Shown: positions 1 through 12,297, counted from the stretch's first letter. The stretch: 64,000 nt of DNA from Clostridiales bacterium (GCA_012520645.1 JAAYNV010000025.1:24137-88136), one strand, 5' to 3'. Notes: generated from the sequence alone by a model not told the origin. A program made the numbers and translations.

Positions 1-44
1 CAGCTTGTTTTGAATGGAACCTTTAAGAAGGAGGAGAGATAATT

Positions 45-929
45 ATGACGAAGACACAATCCTCTGAAAATAAAAAAGTAGGTATGCATGCGAAAAATAC
101 CGTATTAAGTATACTTGCGACCGGATGGTTTGCCCTCCTCTCCTGTATCATTGTTTTTCCGCTGTTGTGCGGATTGTTGGCTTCCTTTCATCCGGGCAAG
201 GATCTGATTCGTAAGGGACTCAGTCTGAATCTGGACATGAGCACCATGACGCTGGATAATTACATATACTTATTCAGTGGAAATGCAGATTCCCAGAAAT
301 ACTTCATGTGGTTTAAAAACAGTTTGTTTCTGACATTTGTGTCGGTTGTGCTGACACTGGCGTTCTGCTATATCATCGCATATGGTCTTACGATGTATGA
401 GTATCCGTTAAAGAACTTCCTGTTCTTTTTAGTAATTGTGACTATGATGGTACCGTTTGAAATTTTGATGCTTCCGTTATATAAGGAAATGATTACCTTA
501 AAGCTGATCGATACGACAGCGGGAGTGGTATTGCCGGGTATATGCGGTGCATCGACAATTTTCTTTTTCAGACAGTATATGACAGGGCTTCCGAAGGAAC
601 TTCTGGATGCGGGACGTATTGATGGGGCAACGGAGTATGGTATCTGTTTTAAGATCATGCTGCCGATTACCAAGCCGGCATTTGCGGCAATGTCTATCTT
701 GTGTGCGATGGGCGCCTGGAACAATATTCTGTGGCCGATGTTAGTCTATCGTGATGCGAATAAGTTTACGTTGCCGATTGGTTTAAATACGCTGCTGACA
801 CCATATGGCAACAACTATGATGTACTGATTGCAGGTTCCATGTTTGGTATTATTCCGGTATTTGCTGTGTTCCTCTGTTTTCAGAGCTATTTTATTGATG
901 GAATGACAGCAGGTGCGGTAAAAGGTTAA
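45..929 (+). CDS. Carbohydrate ABC transporter permease (CUT1 family, MalG-like)
   Basis: 294-aa ORF with AGGAGG upstream of the ATG. It has multiple hydrophobic spans and the EAA-loop signature (LLDAGRIDGATEYGICFKIMLP). Its C-terminal GMTAGAVKG tail matches the two other MalG-type permeases in this window. The partner genes presumably lie upstream of the window. Confidence 0.85.
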   Translation: MTKTQSSENKKVGMHAKNTVLSILATGWFALLSCIIVFPLLCGLLASFHPGKDLIRKGLSLNLDMSTMTLDNYIYLFSGNADSQKYFMWFKNSLFLTFVSVVLTLAFCYIIAYGLTMYEYPLKNFLFFLVIVTMMVPFEILMLPLYKEMITLKLIDTTAGVVLPGICGASTIFFFRQYMTGLPKELLDAGRIDGATEYGICFKIMLPITKPAFAAMSILCAMGAWNNILWPMLVYRDANKFTLPIGLNTLLTPYGNNYDVLIAGSMFGIIPVFAVFLCFQSYFIDGMTAGAVKG

Positions 930-940
930 AAGTGAATTAG

Positions 941-977
941 GAAGAGGATTTCACACTTGCTGGAATCCTCTTTTTTA
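941..977 (+). terminator. Rho-independent terminator after the permease gene
   Basis: GAGGATT (944-950) pairs with AATCCTC (964-970) and is followed by TTTTTT (971-976). Confidence 0.6.
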
Positions 978-1006
978 AAAAATGAATAAAATCATCAGGA
1001 GGATAA

Positions 1007-2524
<1,518 letters not shown>

Positions 2525-2576
2525 AGGTTCCTGTGCTATACTGTAGGGGAAACACAATGGCACGGGAGAAATACAA

Positions 2577-4112
2577 ATGAGAAAATTAATTCGGGCATTA
2601 TTTAAGATCGTATTCAGCAGAATTATGATTATTGTCCTGCTGCTGCTTTTGCAGCTTGGCATTTTGTTTGCCGGTTTTGAGTGGCTGGGGCAGTACATGA
2701 GTTATGTGTTGGGAAGCTTCACAACCCTTTCGGTAATTCTGGTAATCTATGTAATCAATAAAGAAGATGATCCGGCCTATAAGCTGGTTTGGATGATTCC
2801 GCTATGTGCCTTTCCGGTGTTCGGCGCACTGCTTTATCTGTTTGTGGAGCTGGATGTGGGTGGTCGTGCATTAAAAAAGCGTTTGCGGAAGAACATGGTG
2901 GAATCAGCAGCCTATTTAAAGACCGGCGCAGCAACAGAAAAGCATCTGGAAGAGCAGGACAGGGAATTTGTGAATCTGGCATCTTATCTGCAGAGACGCT
3001 GTTACTGTCCGGCTTATGAGAACACGGAAGTGACCTACTTCTCACTTGGAGAAGAAAAATTCAAACAGCTTTTGATTGATTTAAAATCAGCTGAAAAATT
3101 TATCTTTCTGGAATATTTTATTATAGAACGGGGAGAAATGTGGGATTCCATTCTGGGGATTTTAAAGGAAAAGGCGGCGCAGGGCGTGGAAGTCAAACTG
3201 ATGTATGACGGTATGTGTTCTTTAGTCAACCTTCCGATGCGTTATCCTGAAAAATTAAAGCAGTGGGGCATTCAGGTCCGTGTATTTTCACCGATCCGGC
3301 CGCTGCTTTCGACGGTGCAGAATAACAGGGACCATCGCAAAATTGTTTCGGTTGATGGCAGGATTGCCTATACGGGCGGTGTGAATCTTGCGGATGAATA
3401 TATTAACCGAAAGGTCCGCTTTGGACATTGGAAGGATACGGCGATCCGTCTGGAAGGGGAAGGCGCCAGAGGACTTACGGTCATGTTTTTACAAAACTGG
3501 AATATGATCGGTCTGAAGGCAGAACCGTATGAGCCGTATGTGATACAGAACGGCGGAAAGGGTCAGGGCTTTGTCATTCCGTTTGGAGATGCGCCGGGAG
3601 ACAATGAGACGGTAGGGGAAAATGTTTATATGGATATCCTCTATAACGCAAAACGGTATGTCCATATTATGACACCGTACCTGATTATTGACAGTGAGAT
3701 GGAACGTGCGCTTGTTTATGCGGCGAAGAGAGGGGTGGAGGTTTCGATTATTCTGCCTCATATTCCGGATAAAAAATATGCGTTCTATATTGCCAGAACC
3801 TATTATCCGATACTGCTTCGGGCGGGAGTGAAGCTGTATGAATACAAACCGGGCTTTGTGCATGCCAAGAGCTTTGTGTCGGATGATCAAAAAGCGGTAG
3901 TCGGCACGATCAATCTGGATTACAGAAGCCTTTATCTGCACTTTGAATGTGGTGTTTATATCTATCAGAATCCGGTGGTACAGGAGATTGAAGAAGACTA
4001 CGAACAGACGCTGAAGCAGTGTATAGAAGTGGATATGGATTATTATAAGAGTATTAATGGTTTTAGTAAGCTGGCGGGCAGAGTGTTAAGATTGTTTGGA
4101 CCGCTGATGTAG
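2577..4112 (+). CDS. cls: Cardiolipin synthase (phospholipase D superfamily)
   Basis: 511 aa with N-terminal transmembrane helices and two HKD motifs (HRKIVSVDG and HAKSFVSDD). Confidence 0.9.
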   Translation: MRKLIRALFKIVFSRIMIIVLLLLLQLGILFAGFEWLGQYMSYVLGSFTTLSVILVIYVINKEDDPAYKLVWMIPLCAFPVFGALLYLFVELDVGGRALKKRLRKNMVESAAYLKTGAATEKHLEEQDREFVNLASYLQRRCYCPAYENTEVTYFSLGEEKFKQLLIDLKSAEKFIFLEYFIIERGEMWDSILGILKEKAAQGVEVKLMYDGMCSLVNLPMRYPEKLKQWGIQVRVFSPIRPLLSTVQNNRDHRKIVSVDGRIAYTGGVNLADEYINRKVRFGHWKDTAIRLEGEGARGLTVMFLQNWNMIGLKAEPYEPYVIQNGGKGQGFVIPFGDAPGDNETVGENVYMDILYNAKRYVHIMTPYLIIDSEMERALVYAAKRGVEVSIILPHIPDKKYAFYIARTYYPILLRAGVKLYEYKPGFVHAKSFVSDDQKAVVGTINLDYRSLYLHFECGVYIYQNPVVQEIEEDYEQTLKQCIEVDMDYYKSINGFSKLAGRVLRLFGPLM

Positions 4113-4124
4113 CAGAAAGAAAAG

Positions 4125-4162
4125 GACAGGAAGCTGTTTGGGAACAGCTTCCTGTCTTGCTT
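4125..4162. terminator. Bidirectional terminator between convergent cls and the beta-mannosidase gene
   Basis: Perfect 14-bp stem: GACAGGAAGCTGTT (4125-4138) pairs with AACAGCTTCCTGTC (4143-4156) around a 4-nt loop. It is A-rich upstream and T-rich downstream. Confidence 0.75.
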
Positions 4163-6736
4163 TTATGCCCTTCCGATATCGTATATGCTTCTAAGACGAA
4201 GATTTTCTGCGTGCAGATCTCCGGATGGATTCCGCAGGATCTTGACGCGGGCGGTACCGGCATTCATGTCAAAATAGTTGTCACTTAATACCAAGTCTTC
4301 TGTGTCATTTAAGATTTCCACACTCTTTGCATAAGCGTCTGCAGTTATGACGATCTCGTCACCTTCAATCTTTGCGGTAAGATGCGGGTCTTCATAACGG
4401 AAATACTTCGGATAAGAGAAGATGACCGTACCGGAGGAAATGACCGTGTCATTTTCCACGAGTTCATAACTTACATACTGACTTAAACAGTCAATATCGT
4501 CGAAACATACTTTATCCAGCCAAACGGCGGAAAGTGCGGGAACGGTAATCTCTTTTTTGTATTCGTTTATCACGGCAGCATTTCTGTCTCTCAAAGCGTA
4601 GCGTACGATTACGGAATGATCCACAGGAGTTTCGTTTGTTACATTCAGGCGGATGGACTTTTCGAAGGTAAAGTGCTGTCTGTTAAAGTCGGCATCCACG
4701 CTCATCCAGCCCTGATCCTCGCAGGAGATCATAAGCGGTGCAAAGAAACGCTTTGCGTAATAATGCAGTGCTTTCCAGCGTCCGTAGTAGTCGATTGAGG
4801 ACCAGGAAATAACGGGCCAGCAGTCGTTAAGCTGCCAGTATACAGCGCCCATACAACGTCCGCGGTTGCGCCTGAAATGCTCCACACCGTAGCGGATACC
4901 GTCCGCCTGTAAAAGCTGGGAAGCGTAGACCATGTCCGAAAAGCTGTAAGGGTAGCGGTAGGTCTGCTGTAAATAATTCATAATCTTGCCATTGGCAGCG
5001 TGATTACGCTGATGCTTTTCCATCATATAGGAGAAAATATTCAAATCCTGCGGATCGTCACTGATACCTTCTTTTACCGTACACTCAGACGGCAGTGCCT
5101 GAAAGCCGAACTCGGACAGGTAACGGAAAAAGTATTTCCGGTATTCCGCGAAGGGTTTGTTGCCATGCCATACCTGCCAGTAATGTACATCACCGCGGTT
5201 CGGATCCTGTGGTTCTTCAAAGGATCCGCCCGAAGAGGGACTGGAAGGCCAATAAAAGGTCTGGGGATCATATTTTTTCAGCACGGATGGAATGATGCGT
5301 TCGTACATGAACAGATAGTCCTTTACTTCGGTGGGCTTGGATACCCATTCCCCTTCCTTGACAAAGGATTCCATCTCGTTGTTGCCGCACCACAGTCCAA
5401 GGCTGGCATGATGACGGATCCGTTTGATGTTATCAATAAATTCGTGTGTGATATTCTCTTCAAACTCCGGCGTCAGCTCATAAACGGAGCAGGCAAACAT
5501 AAAGTCTTCCCAGACAACCAGACCAAGTTCGTCACACAGGTCAAAGAAGAAATCGTCGGGATAATAGCCGCCGCCCCAGACACGAATGCTGTTATAGTTT
5601 GCTAATTTGCAGTCATTTAAGAGTCTTTCGGTGTATTCGCGTCTCTTGCGCGGAATAATGTGTTCCTCCGGGATGTAATCCGCACCCATGGCAAATACTT
5701 TAACGCCATTTACCTCATGGGCAAAGCAGTTGCCGTATTCATCTGCTTCCGTATTGACGGTCAGTGTGCGAAGACCGATCCGGCGGGAATAAGTATCCAA
5801 CAAGACTTTGTCGTGATACAACTCTACCGTAACCGTATAGAGCGGCTGCGCACCCAGTCCGTTGGGCCACCAGATTTCGGGCTTGCTGATCAGGATATCT
5901 GTAGGTGAGCTCTCATAGGAGACTGTGCTCTGATCCGGTGCAGTGATGGTCACCCTGTAAGAATATCCTTCACCAAGTTCTGCAAGCGTGCAGAGACGGG
6001 CCGCATCCATGGCACAGACCCTGTCAGCAACAGAAACGGCTCCTGCAGCAGCTTTTTTGATCAAAGAAACAGAGGCTGCGCCTGTAGTCTGAGGAGCTTT
6101 TATAAAGTCCGGTGCAATATGCAGTGTGACCTGTCCGTCCGCGTGTGTCTGTGTGATATAGACAGAATCGATACGTGCTTCATCGATTCCAATCAGCTTT
6201 ACATCGCGGAAGATTCCGGCATCGGGCAGGTGTGCGCCCCAGTCCCAGCCGTACATATAGTGGGCTTTACGGATGTGGGAAAAGCCCTCCCAGGCATCCT
6301 CTGTACCGCGGGTGGCACATTGATCGAAGGCAGCATCTGCAGCCTTGAATGCAGAGTGGAATACAAGTTTGCAGGAATTTTTGCCATCATGCAGGAAATC
6401 CTGCACAGGGAATTCCCAGGTGCGGTGCATATTGTTTAATGTATGGATATAGGAATCATTTACGTATAAATCCGCGATGGTATCCACACCTTCAAGTCGC
6501 AGTAAAATGAACGGATTTTGAAGCAGCACTTCGTCAACCTGAAAGGAGCAGGAGAAGGAAAAATCCTCCTCCAAAAGCTCGTGCAGTTTATCCTCGTTAT
6601 CCTTCCAGTAGGGTTCCGGTATGACCTTGTTGTCGCTCAGTACCGATAATACGCTGGCAGGCAGACTGACAGCATAAGCTGTATTGTCTGATAGACGCAA
6701 CAGTTCCCAACCTTCATTTAAAATTTTCGTAACCAT
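4163..6736 (-). CDS. Beta-mannosidase, GH2
   Basis: 857 aa with a GGAG Shine-Dalgarno sequence upstream. Motifs HIRKAHYMYGWDWG, CGNNEME (acid/base) and LSEFGFQALP (nucleophile) are typical of GH2 beta-mannosidases. It lies 46 nt downstream of the GH94 gene on the same strand, so it is probably co-transcribed. Confidence 0.82.
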   Translation of the reverse strand: MVTKILNEGWELLRLSDNTAYAVSLPASVLSVLSDNKVIPEPYWKDNEDKLHELLEEDFSFSCSFQVDEVLLQNPFILLRLEGVDTIADLYVNDSYIHTLNNMHRTWEFPVQDFLHDGKNSCKLVFHSAFKAADAAFDQCATRGTEDAWEGFSHIRKAHYMYGWDWGAHLPDAGIFRDVKLIGIDEARIDSVYITQTHADGQVTLHIAPDFIKAPQTTGAASVSLIKKAAAGAVSVADRVCAMDAARLCTLAELGEGYSYRVTITAPDQSTVSYESSPTDILISKPEIWWPNGLGAQPLYTVTVELYHDKVLLDTYSRRIGLRTLTVNTEADEYGNCFAHEVNGVKVFAMGADYIPEEHIIPRKRREYTERLLNDCKLANYNSIRVWGGGYYPDDFFFDLCDELGLVVWEDFMFACSVYELTPEFEENITHEFIDNIKRIRHHASLGLWCGNNEMESFVKEGEWVSKPTEVKDYLFMYERIIPSVLKKYDPQTFYWPSSPSSGGSFEEPQDPNRGDVHYWQVWHGNKPFAEYRKYFFRYLSEFGFQALPSECTVKEGISDDPQDLNIFSYMMEKHQRNHAANGKIMNYLQQTYRYPYSFSDMVYASQLLQADGIRYGVEHFRRNRGRCMGAVYWQLNDCWPVISWSSIDYYGRWKALHYYAKRFFAPLMISCEDQGWMSVDADFNRQHFTFEKSIRLNVTNETPVDHSVIVRYALRDRNAAVINEYKKEITVPALSAVWLDKVCFDDIDCLSQYVSYELVENDTVISSGTVIFSYPKYFRYEDPHLTAKIEGDEIVITADAYAKSVEILNDTEDLVLSDNYFDMNAGTARVKILRNPSGDLHAENLRLRSIYDIGRA

Positions 6737-6782
6737 AAACAGGACTCCTTCTCTTGAATTTTAAGAATTTGTACTTGGTATT

Positions 6783-9227
6783 TTATTTTGTTTTTCCCAT
6801 AATGACAATTACTTCGGAAGTCTTTACGGAACTGTCATATGGAATGATATTGCCGTCCTGATCAATGCCGTCTACTACCATACGGAGTACACCTTTTTCT
6901 ACATGATCCGGATTCTGTACGCGGATGTGGTAAGTCACATCACGGAATTTACGTGTGACGGTAAAGTCGCCGAAATCCTTCGGCACGCACGGATCTACCT
7001 TCAGACCGTCGAGTGTCGGCTGGATACCCAGAATATACTGGGAGACATTTACGAAGGTCCATGCAGCGGTTCCGGTCAGCCAGCTGTTTTTCGCTTCGCC
7101 GTGGTGCACGGCATCCTTGCCGGCGATCATCTGGGAGTAAACATAAGGCTCTGTCTTGTGCAGATCGCTGATTTCCTGCAAAAAGGCGGGACAGATCTTT
7201 TTGTATACTTCGAATGCGCGGTCACCGTGTCCGAGTACTGCTTCGGAAATGGATACCCAGGGATTGTTGTGGCAGAAAATTCCGGCATTTTCCTTGTATC
7301 CCGGCGGATAAGAGGAAATTTCGCCAAGCTCCAGGTGATATTTGGTGTAAGCGGGCTGTAAAATACAGATACCGTATTTGGAATCCAGTATTTTTTCGAC
7401 GGAAGCGAGAGCCTTTTGGGCTAAACCTTCTTTGATTCCAACACCGGAGAGTGGTAAGAAGCCCTGCGGCTCTATGTAAATCTTACCTTCTTCGCATTCA
7501 TTGGAGCCGACTTTATTGCCGTGTGCATCATAGGCGCGTACAAACCATTCTCCGTCCCAGCCGTCCTTCAGGATGGCTGCATATACCTGATCAACCTCTG
7601 CCAGTGCGCGGTCTGCTTCAGCGGTGTTTCCTAAAGCCTTACACAGATCAGCATATTCACGACCGTATTTTACAAACATTCCGGCAATGAATACGGATTC
7701 GGCTACCGGTCCCTCGCTCGGTCCAAAGGTCTGGAAGGATTCGCCCGGATGCTCGGAGAAGCAGTTTAGGTTCAGGCAGTCATTCCAGTCAGCCCTTCCG
7801 ATTAGCGGTAAGCCGTGCGGACCTTTGTGTGTGGCAATATAATCAAAGGAAGCCTTTAAATGTTCCATCAGAGGAACGGCAGTTTCTGCGACACAGTCAA
7901 ACGGTACGGACTCATCCAGAATCGAAAAATCTCCGGTTTCTTTGATATAAGCGGAAACTGCTGCAATCAGCCAGAGCGGATCATCATTGAAGCCGCTTCC
8001 GATGTCGGAGTTGCCCTGTTTGGTTAACGGCTGGTACTGATGGTATGCACTGCCGTCTGCAAACTGGGTGGAAGCGATATCGATGATACGGGTGCGGGCG
8101 CGTTCCGGAATCAGGTGTACGAAACCTAACAGATCCTGACAGGAATCACGGAAGCCCATGCCGCGACCGATACCGGATTCGTAATAGGAAGCGGAACGTG
8201 ACATATTGAAGGTAATCATACACTGGTACTGGTTCCACTGGTTTACCATGCGGTTTACCTCGGGAGAGGAAGAGTCCAGTGAGAAACCGGAAAGCAGGTC
8301 GTTCCAGTATTCCTTCAATTCTGCAAAAGCCTTGTCGGCAGCTTCTGCTGTTGCATATTTCTGAAGAAGTGCTTCGGCAATTTCTTTGTTGATGATACCC
8401 GGGCGCTCCCACTTTTTGTCCTCAGCATTTTCTGCATAGCCGAGTACGAATAAAAACGTTTTCGATTCACCTGGAGCGAGAGTGATATCGAGCTGATGGG
8501 AAGCAATCGGATACCAGCCGCTTGCGATGCCGTCTTTTAAGGAGCCTTCCTTTACGGCAATCGGATCATCCGGTCCGTTGTATGTTCCGATAAAGGAATC
8601 TCTGCTTGTCTCAAAATGGGAAACCGGCGTATTTACACTATAGAAAGCATAGTGGTTGCGGCGCTCACGGTATTCGGTCTTGTGGTAGATAGTAGAACCG
8701 ATTACCTCGACTTCACCGGTGCTTAAGTTACGTTGGAAGTTGCGGGAATCATCATCTGCATTCCAGAGACACCATTCAATATAGGAAAATACCTGTACGG
8801 ATTTTGCGCAACCGGTTTCGTTCTTGAGTGTCAGTTTCTGGATTTCACAGGAATCTTTTAATGGTACGAAATACAGTGCATCGGCGGAAAGACCATTCTT
8901 TTCACTGTGGATTTTTGTGTAGCCGTTACCGTGGCGGCATTCATAGGCGTCAAGCGGTGTTTTCATCGGCTGCCAGCCCGGATTCCAGATCGTATCGTCT
9001 TCTTTAATATAGAAGTAATGACCGTTGGTATCATATGGAACGTTGTTGTAGCGATAGCGGGTCATGCGAAGGAGCTTTGCATCCTTATAAAAGCAGTAGC
9101 CGCCACAGGTGTTGGAAATTAACCGAAAGAAGCTTTCGCTGCCCAGATAGTTGATCCAAGGGAGCGGTGTGTTCGGTGTAGTAATGACATATTCGCGGTT
9201 TGCATCATCAAAATAACCGTATTTCAT
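6783..9227 (-). CDS. cbp: Cellobiose (cellodextrin-type) phosphorylase, GH94
   Basis: Start moved from the track value 9320 to the ATG at 9227, which has AGGAGG 8 nt upstream. The protein then begins [29 protein letters not shown], as characterised clostridial cellobiose phosphorylases do. [10 protein letters not shown] and [12 protein letters not shown] motifs are present. Confidence 0.88.
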   Translation of the reverse strand: MKYGYFDDANREYVITTPNTPLPWINYLGSESFFRLISNTCGGYCFYKDAKLLRMTRYRYNNVPYDTNGHYFYIKEDDTIWNPGWQPMKTPLDAYECRHGNGYTKIHSEKNGLSADALYFVPLKDSCEIQKLTLKNETGCAKSVQVFSYIEWCLWNADDDSRNFQRNLSTGEVEVIGSTIYHKTEYRERRNHYAFYSVNTPVSHFETSRDSFIGTYNGPDDPIAVKEGSLKDGIASGWYPIASHQLDITLAPGESKTFLFVLGYAENAEDKKWERPGIINKEIAEALLQKYATAEAADKAFAELKEYWNDLLSGFSLDSSSPEVNRMVNQWNQYQCMITFNMSRSASYYESGIGRGMGFRDSCQDLLGFVHLIPERARTRIIDIASTQFADGSAYHQYQPLTKQGNSDIGSGFNDDPLWLIAAVSAYIKETGDFSILDESVPFDCVAETAVPLMEHLKASFDYIATHKGPHGLPLIGRADWNDCLNLNCFSEHPGESFQTFGPSEGPVAESVFIAGMFVKYGREYADLCKALGNTAEADRALAEVDQVYAAILKDGWDGEWFVRAYDAHGNKVGSNECEEGKIYIEPQGFLPLSGVGIKEGLAQKALASVEKILDSKYGICILQPAYTKYHLELGEISSYPPGYKENAGIFCHNNPWVSISEAVLGHGDRAFEVYKKICPAFLQEISDLHKTEPYVYSQMIAGKDAVHHGEAKNSWLTGTAAWTFVNVSQYILGIQPTLDGLKVDPCVPKDFGDFTVTRKFRDVTYHIRVQNPDHVEKGVLRMVVDGIDQDGNIIPYDSSVKTSEVIVIMGKTK

Positions 9228-9301
9228 ATTGAAGAACCTCCTGAATTTTAATTGTTGATTACTTGTTTTGTATCTTTTTCTTCTATTATAGATACAATTT
9301 C

Positions 9302-9314
9302 GAAAACGATTTAG
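9302..9314. promoter_or_regulatory. Putative LacI-type operator (GAAAACGATTTAG), copy 1, upstream of the GH94 operon
   Basis: This 13-mer is identical to the one at 9606-9618. It forms part of the imperfect palindrome TCGAAAACGATTTAGA. It sits about 75-90 nt upstream of the cbp start, immediately upstream of a minus-strand TATAAT. Confidence 0.45.
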
Positions 9315-9567
9315 AATCAAAAACTAAGTTCAGGAAAGCATGAAAAATATAAGATATATTATTGATATACCTAAGAATTAAGCAGATTATATCAAAAGAA
9401 AGCAAAAAGCGCAAGGGGAATAAAGAGAAAAAAAGATTACGAAAAAGTTTCGCAAACGTTGAGAAGGCTAAAAAATAATTTAAGCAAAATCATAGTGCAA
9501 AATAAATAAAAAAATGGTATATTATTAATAGATATAGTACAAAAAAGAGAGCATTTTACGAAAATTA

Positions 9568-9596
9568 TTGCGAAATGGATATGCGATTAGTACAAT
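9568..9596 (+). promoter_or_regulatory. Sigma-A type promoter for the LacI regulator gene
   Basis: TTGCGA (9568-9573), a 17-nt spacer, then TACAAT (9591-9596). Confidence 0.5.
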
Positions 9597-9605
9597 AAGT
9601 GCATA

Positions 9606-9618
9606 GAAAACGATTTAG
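9606..9618. promoter_or_regulatory. Putative LacI-type operator (GAAAACGATTTAG), copy 2
   Basis: Exact repeat of 9302-9314. It lies about 10 nt downstream of the predicted -10 of the lacI promoter, an autorepression-like position. Confidence 0.45.
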
Positions 9619-9672
9619 CAAATCAAAAAATTAAGCAATATCACAACGAAACAAGATGCCGGAGGGAGGACA

Positions 9673-10707
9673 ATGAAAGAGAACGTTTCATTAAAAGATA
9701 TTGCCAGAATCTGCAACGTATCTATATCCACTGTGAGTAAGGCAATGAATGACAGAAACGACATCAGTGCAGACAAAAAGGAAGAGATACAGAGGGTGGC
9801 AAGGGAACTGAATTATGTTCCGAACTATATGGCATCTACCCTAAAAAGTAAGCGTAGTAAAAATATAGGAGTTCTGCTATCTGAGAAAACAGGAACCGGA
9901 CTGATGCACGAGCATTTTGCAAGGATCCTGAACAGCTTTAAGGAAACGGTAGAGGAAAGGGGATACACCATTACCTTCCTTAATATAAGCAATTCCCCAA
10001 ACCGCCTGTCCTTTATGGAACAGTGCAAGTATATGAACTTCGACGGAGTTTTCGTACTCTGTGCCGACTATTCGGCTCCTGAGATTAAGGAACTCTTTGC
10101 ATCGGATCTTCCGATTGTCGTCGTGGATCATGAGATACCCAAACATGTCAATGTGGCATCCAATCACTACGGAGATATGAACAGACTGATGCAGTTTGTA
10201 TATGACAGAGGCCACAGACGGATTGCTTACATACACGGTGGCATGAGCGAGGTAACACAGGGGAGAATGGAAGCTTATAAAGTTTTCATGAGAGAACATC
10301 AGCTTCCTATTTATAAGGAATATATTTACACCTGTCCCTACCGGGATTACGAAAGAGGAAGCGCACTGACCAAAGCAGTGCTGGCACTTCCGAATCGCCC
10401 CACCTGTATTTTGTATCCGGATGATCTGGTGGCAGTCGGCGGACTTAATACGATGCAGGAAGCCGGAATGAATATTCCAAAAGACATGTCGATTGCAGGT
10501 TATGATGGAATCAATTTTGTGAACATTGTAAGACCGAGAATCACAACGATACGACAGGATACGGTTTCCATGGGAATACAGGCAGGCAATAAGCTGATCA
10601 ACCGGATTGAGTTTCCGGAAGAAAAATACAAACCGGAGACAGTCGTTGTAGACGGCATGATTGAGCCGGGAGAGAGCGTTGCAGTGATTGGCAGCAGAAA
10701 TAATTAA
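9673..10707 (+). CDS. LacI family transcriptional regulator
   Basis: 344 aa with GGAGGGAGG upstream. It has an N-terminal helix-turn-helix (LKDIARICNVSISTVSKAMN) and a periplasmic-binding-protein-like sugar-binding core. Confidence 0.9.
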   Translation: MKENVSLKDIARICNVSISTVSKAMNDRNDISADKKEEIQRVARELNYVPNYMASTLKSKRSKNIGVLLSEKTGTGLMHEHFARILNSFKETVEERGYTITFLNISNSPNRLSFMEQCKYMNFDGVFVLCADYSAPEIKELFASDLPIVVVDHEIPKHVNVASNHYGDMNRLMQFVYDRGHRRIAYIHGGMSEVTQGRMEAYKVFMREHQLPIYKEYIYTCPYRDYERGSALTKAVLALPNRPTCILYPDDLVAVGGLNTMQEAGMNIPKDMSIAGYDGINFVNIVRPRITTIRQDTVSMGIQAGNKLINRIEFPEEKYKPETVVVDGMIEPGESVAVIGSRNN

Positions 10708-10808
10708 GAGATAGGATACAAAAAGTATTAAATTCAGTAATTACAGGAATTACCTGTCAATTATAAACAAGTTCATAATTATTTTTTAAATTAAAGGAGG
10801 AACAAGGT

Positions 10809-12230
10809 ATGAAAAAACGTAAAGTAATGATGAGCCTTATGCTGAGCGCGGCTATGTTAGCCGGAATGCTTACAGGTTGTGGAAATTCTTCTGCACCGGC
10901 AGCAACAGAGGCAACAACAGCTACCGAGACAACAGCTGCTACAGATGCAGAGGAAGGCGCAGCAGCAGGTGCAGAGCTTGCTTATTCAGGCGAAATTACA
11001 ATGATGCACTATTCCACATCCGAAGAGTCTCAGGGTAATGGTGGTTCCGATGGATTCCGTACCATGATTGCAAACTGGAAGGAAGCGCATCCGGATATCG
11101 ACTTAAATGAGACAGTACTTGCAAACGATGACTACAAGCCGCAGATTGCTACACTGGCAGCAGCAGGTGACCTTCCGGATGTATTCTTATTACAGGGTAT
11201 GAATACAAAGGCATGGGCAGAGCAGGGACTGATCATGGATATGACAGACATCATCAAAGACTCTCCGTACTATTCCGATTACAATCAGGCATACTTCACA
11301 CCGTTTACGGATGGCGATAAGATCTATGGTCTTCCGGCTCTGACAGGTGGTACCTGTACTGTAGTTGTATATGACAAAGCAGCATGGAAAGAGGCTGGTT
11401 TTGATACATTCCCGACTACATGGGAAGATGTAAAGAAGGCAGATGAGTATTTCAAGGCTAATGGCTACACAGATACCATCGCATTCGGTAACGGCAGCAA
11501 GTGGCAGGCTAACTCCTGTTTCCTCTCTGTAATCGGTGACCGTTTTACAGGTCCGGATTGGTTCCAGTCTATCATCGACAAGGGTGGTGCAGCATTTACA
11601 GATGATGAATTTGTACAGGCACTGCAGTTTACACAGGATATCTTCGCATCTGGTGTATTCAATGAAGACTTCAATGCGATTACAAACGAAGATGCAAGAG
11701 AGTACTATATCTCCGGTGATGCAGCAGCATTCGTTGGCGGTAACTGGGATGTAAGCTACATTGGTGCAACTCTGTTAGAAACAGATCCTGATTTATATGC
11801 AAACACAGGATTTGCAGCACTTCCGCAGCCGGAAGGAGCAACAGGCTCTACAAACTCCCAGAACATCGGTTTAGGATATGCAATCGCACTCAATCCTAAG
11901 TTAGCAGATGATCCGGATAAGTTAGCAGCAGCAATTGATCTGGCTTACTATTTAACAGGACCGGCCTTCTCCACATATGTTGGTGAGAACTATGCACTGG
12001 CAGGTCTGACAAAGACAGCAAACGTTGACTTAAGCGCATTTGATCAGTATACACAGGATTTCTATGATTTCTCTTATGTGAGCACAACTCCTTGTGAAAT
12101 CTATGACTCTTACGTAAACAGCGCAGTATGGGATGTAGTTAATACAGAAATGCAGAGCATGTTAAACGGTGATACAACTGCACAGAATGTGGCAGAAAAA
12201 GCACAGGAAGCATACGAAGCAAATTATTAA
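10809..12230 (+). CDS. Sugar ABC transporter substrate-binding lipoprotein (CUT1)
   Basis: 473 aa with AGGAGG upstream. It has a signal peptide with the lipobox LTGCGN, a low-complexity linker, and a family-1 solute-binding fold. Confidence 0.88.
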   Translation: MKKRKVMMSLMLSAAMLAGMLTGCGNSSAPAATEATTATETTAATDAEEGAAAGAELAYSGEITMMHYSTSEESQGNGGSDGFRTMIANWKEAHPDIDLNETVLANDDYKPQIATLAAAGDLPDVFLLQGMNTKAWAEQGLIMDMTDIIKDSPYYSDYNQAYFTPFTDGDKIYGLPALTGGTCTVVVYDKAAWKEAGFDTFPTTWEDVKKADEYFKANGYTDTIAFGNGSKWQANSCFLSVIGDRFTGPDWFQSIIDKGGAAFTDDEFVQALQFTQDIFASGVFNEDFNAITNEDAREYYISGDAAAFVGGNWDVSYIGATLLETDPDLYANTGFAALPQPEGATGSTNSQNIGLGYAIALNPKLADDPDKLAAAIDLAYYLTGPAFSTYVGENYALAGLTKTANVDLSAFDQYTQDFYDFSYVSTTPCEIYDSYVNSAVWDVVNTEMQSMLNGDTTAQNVAEKAQEAYEANY

Positions 12231-12249
12231 GAAGTAAGGGAACTGGAAA

Positions 12250-12276
12250 AAGGGAGCTTCAAAACTCCCTTTTTTC
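12250..12276 (+). terminator. Intra-operon hairpin or partial terminator after the substrate-binding protein gene
   Basis: AAGGGAG (12250-12256) pairs with CTCCCTT (12265-12271) and is followed by a T-run. Confidence 0.55.
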
Positions 12277-12297
12277 ATCAAAGTGAGGAGGCAGCCT

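Noticed and set aside
9228-9320. N-terminal extension of the GH94 ORF ([31 protein letters not shown]...)
   Set aside because: The extension is AT-rich and basic and has no Shine-Dalgarno sequence. The internal ATG at 9227 has AGGAGG and restores the canonical cellobiose phosphorylase N-terminus.
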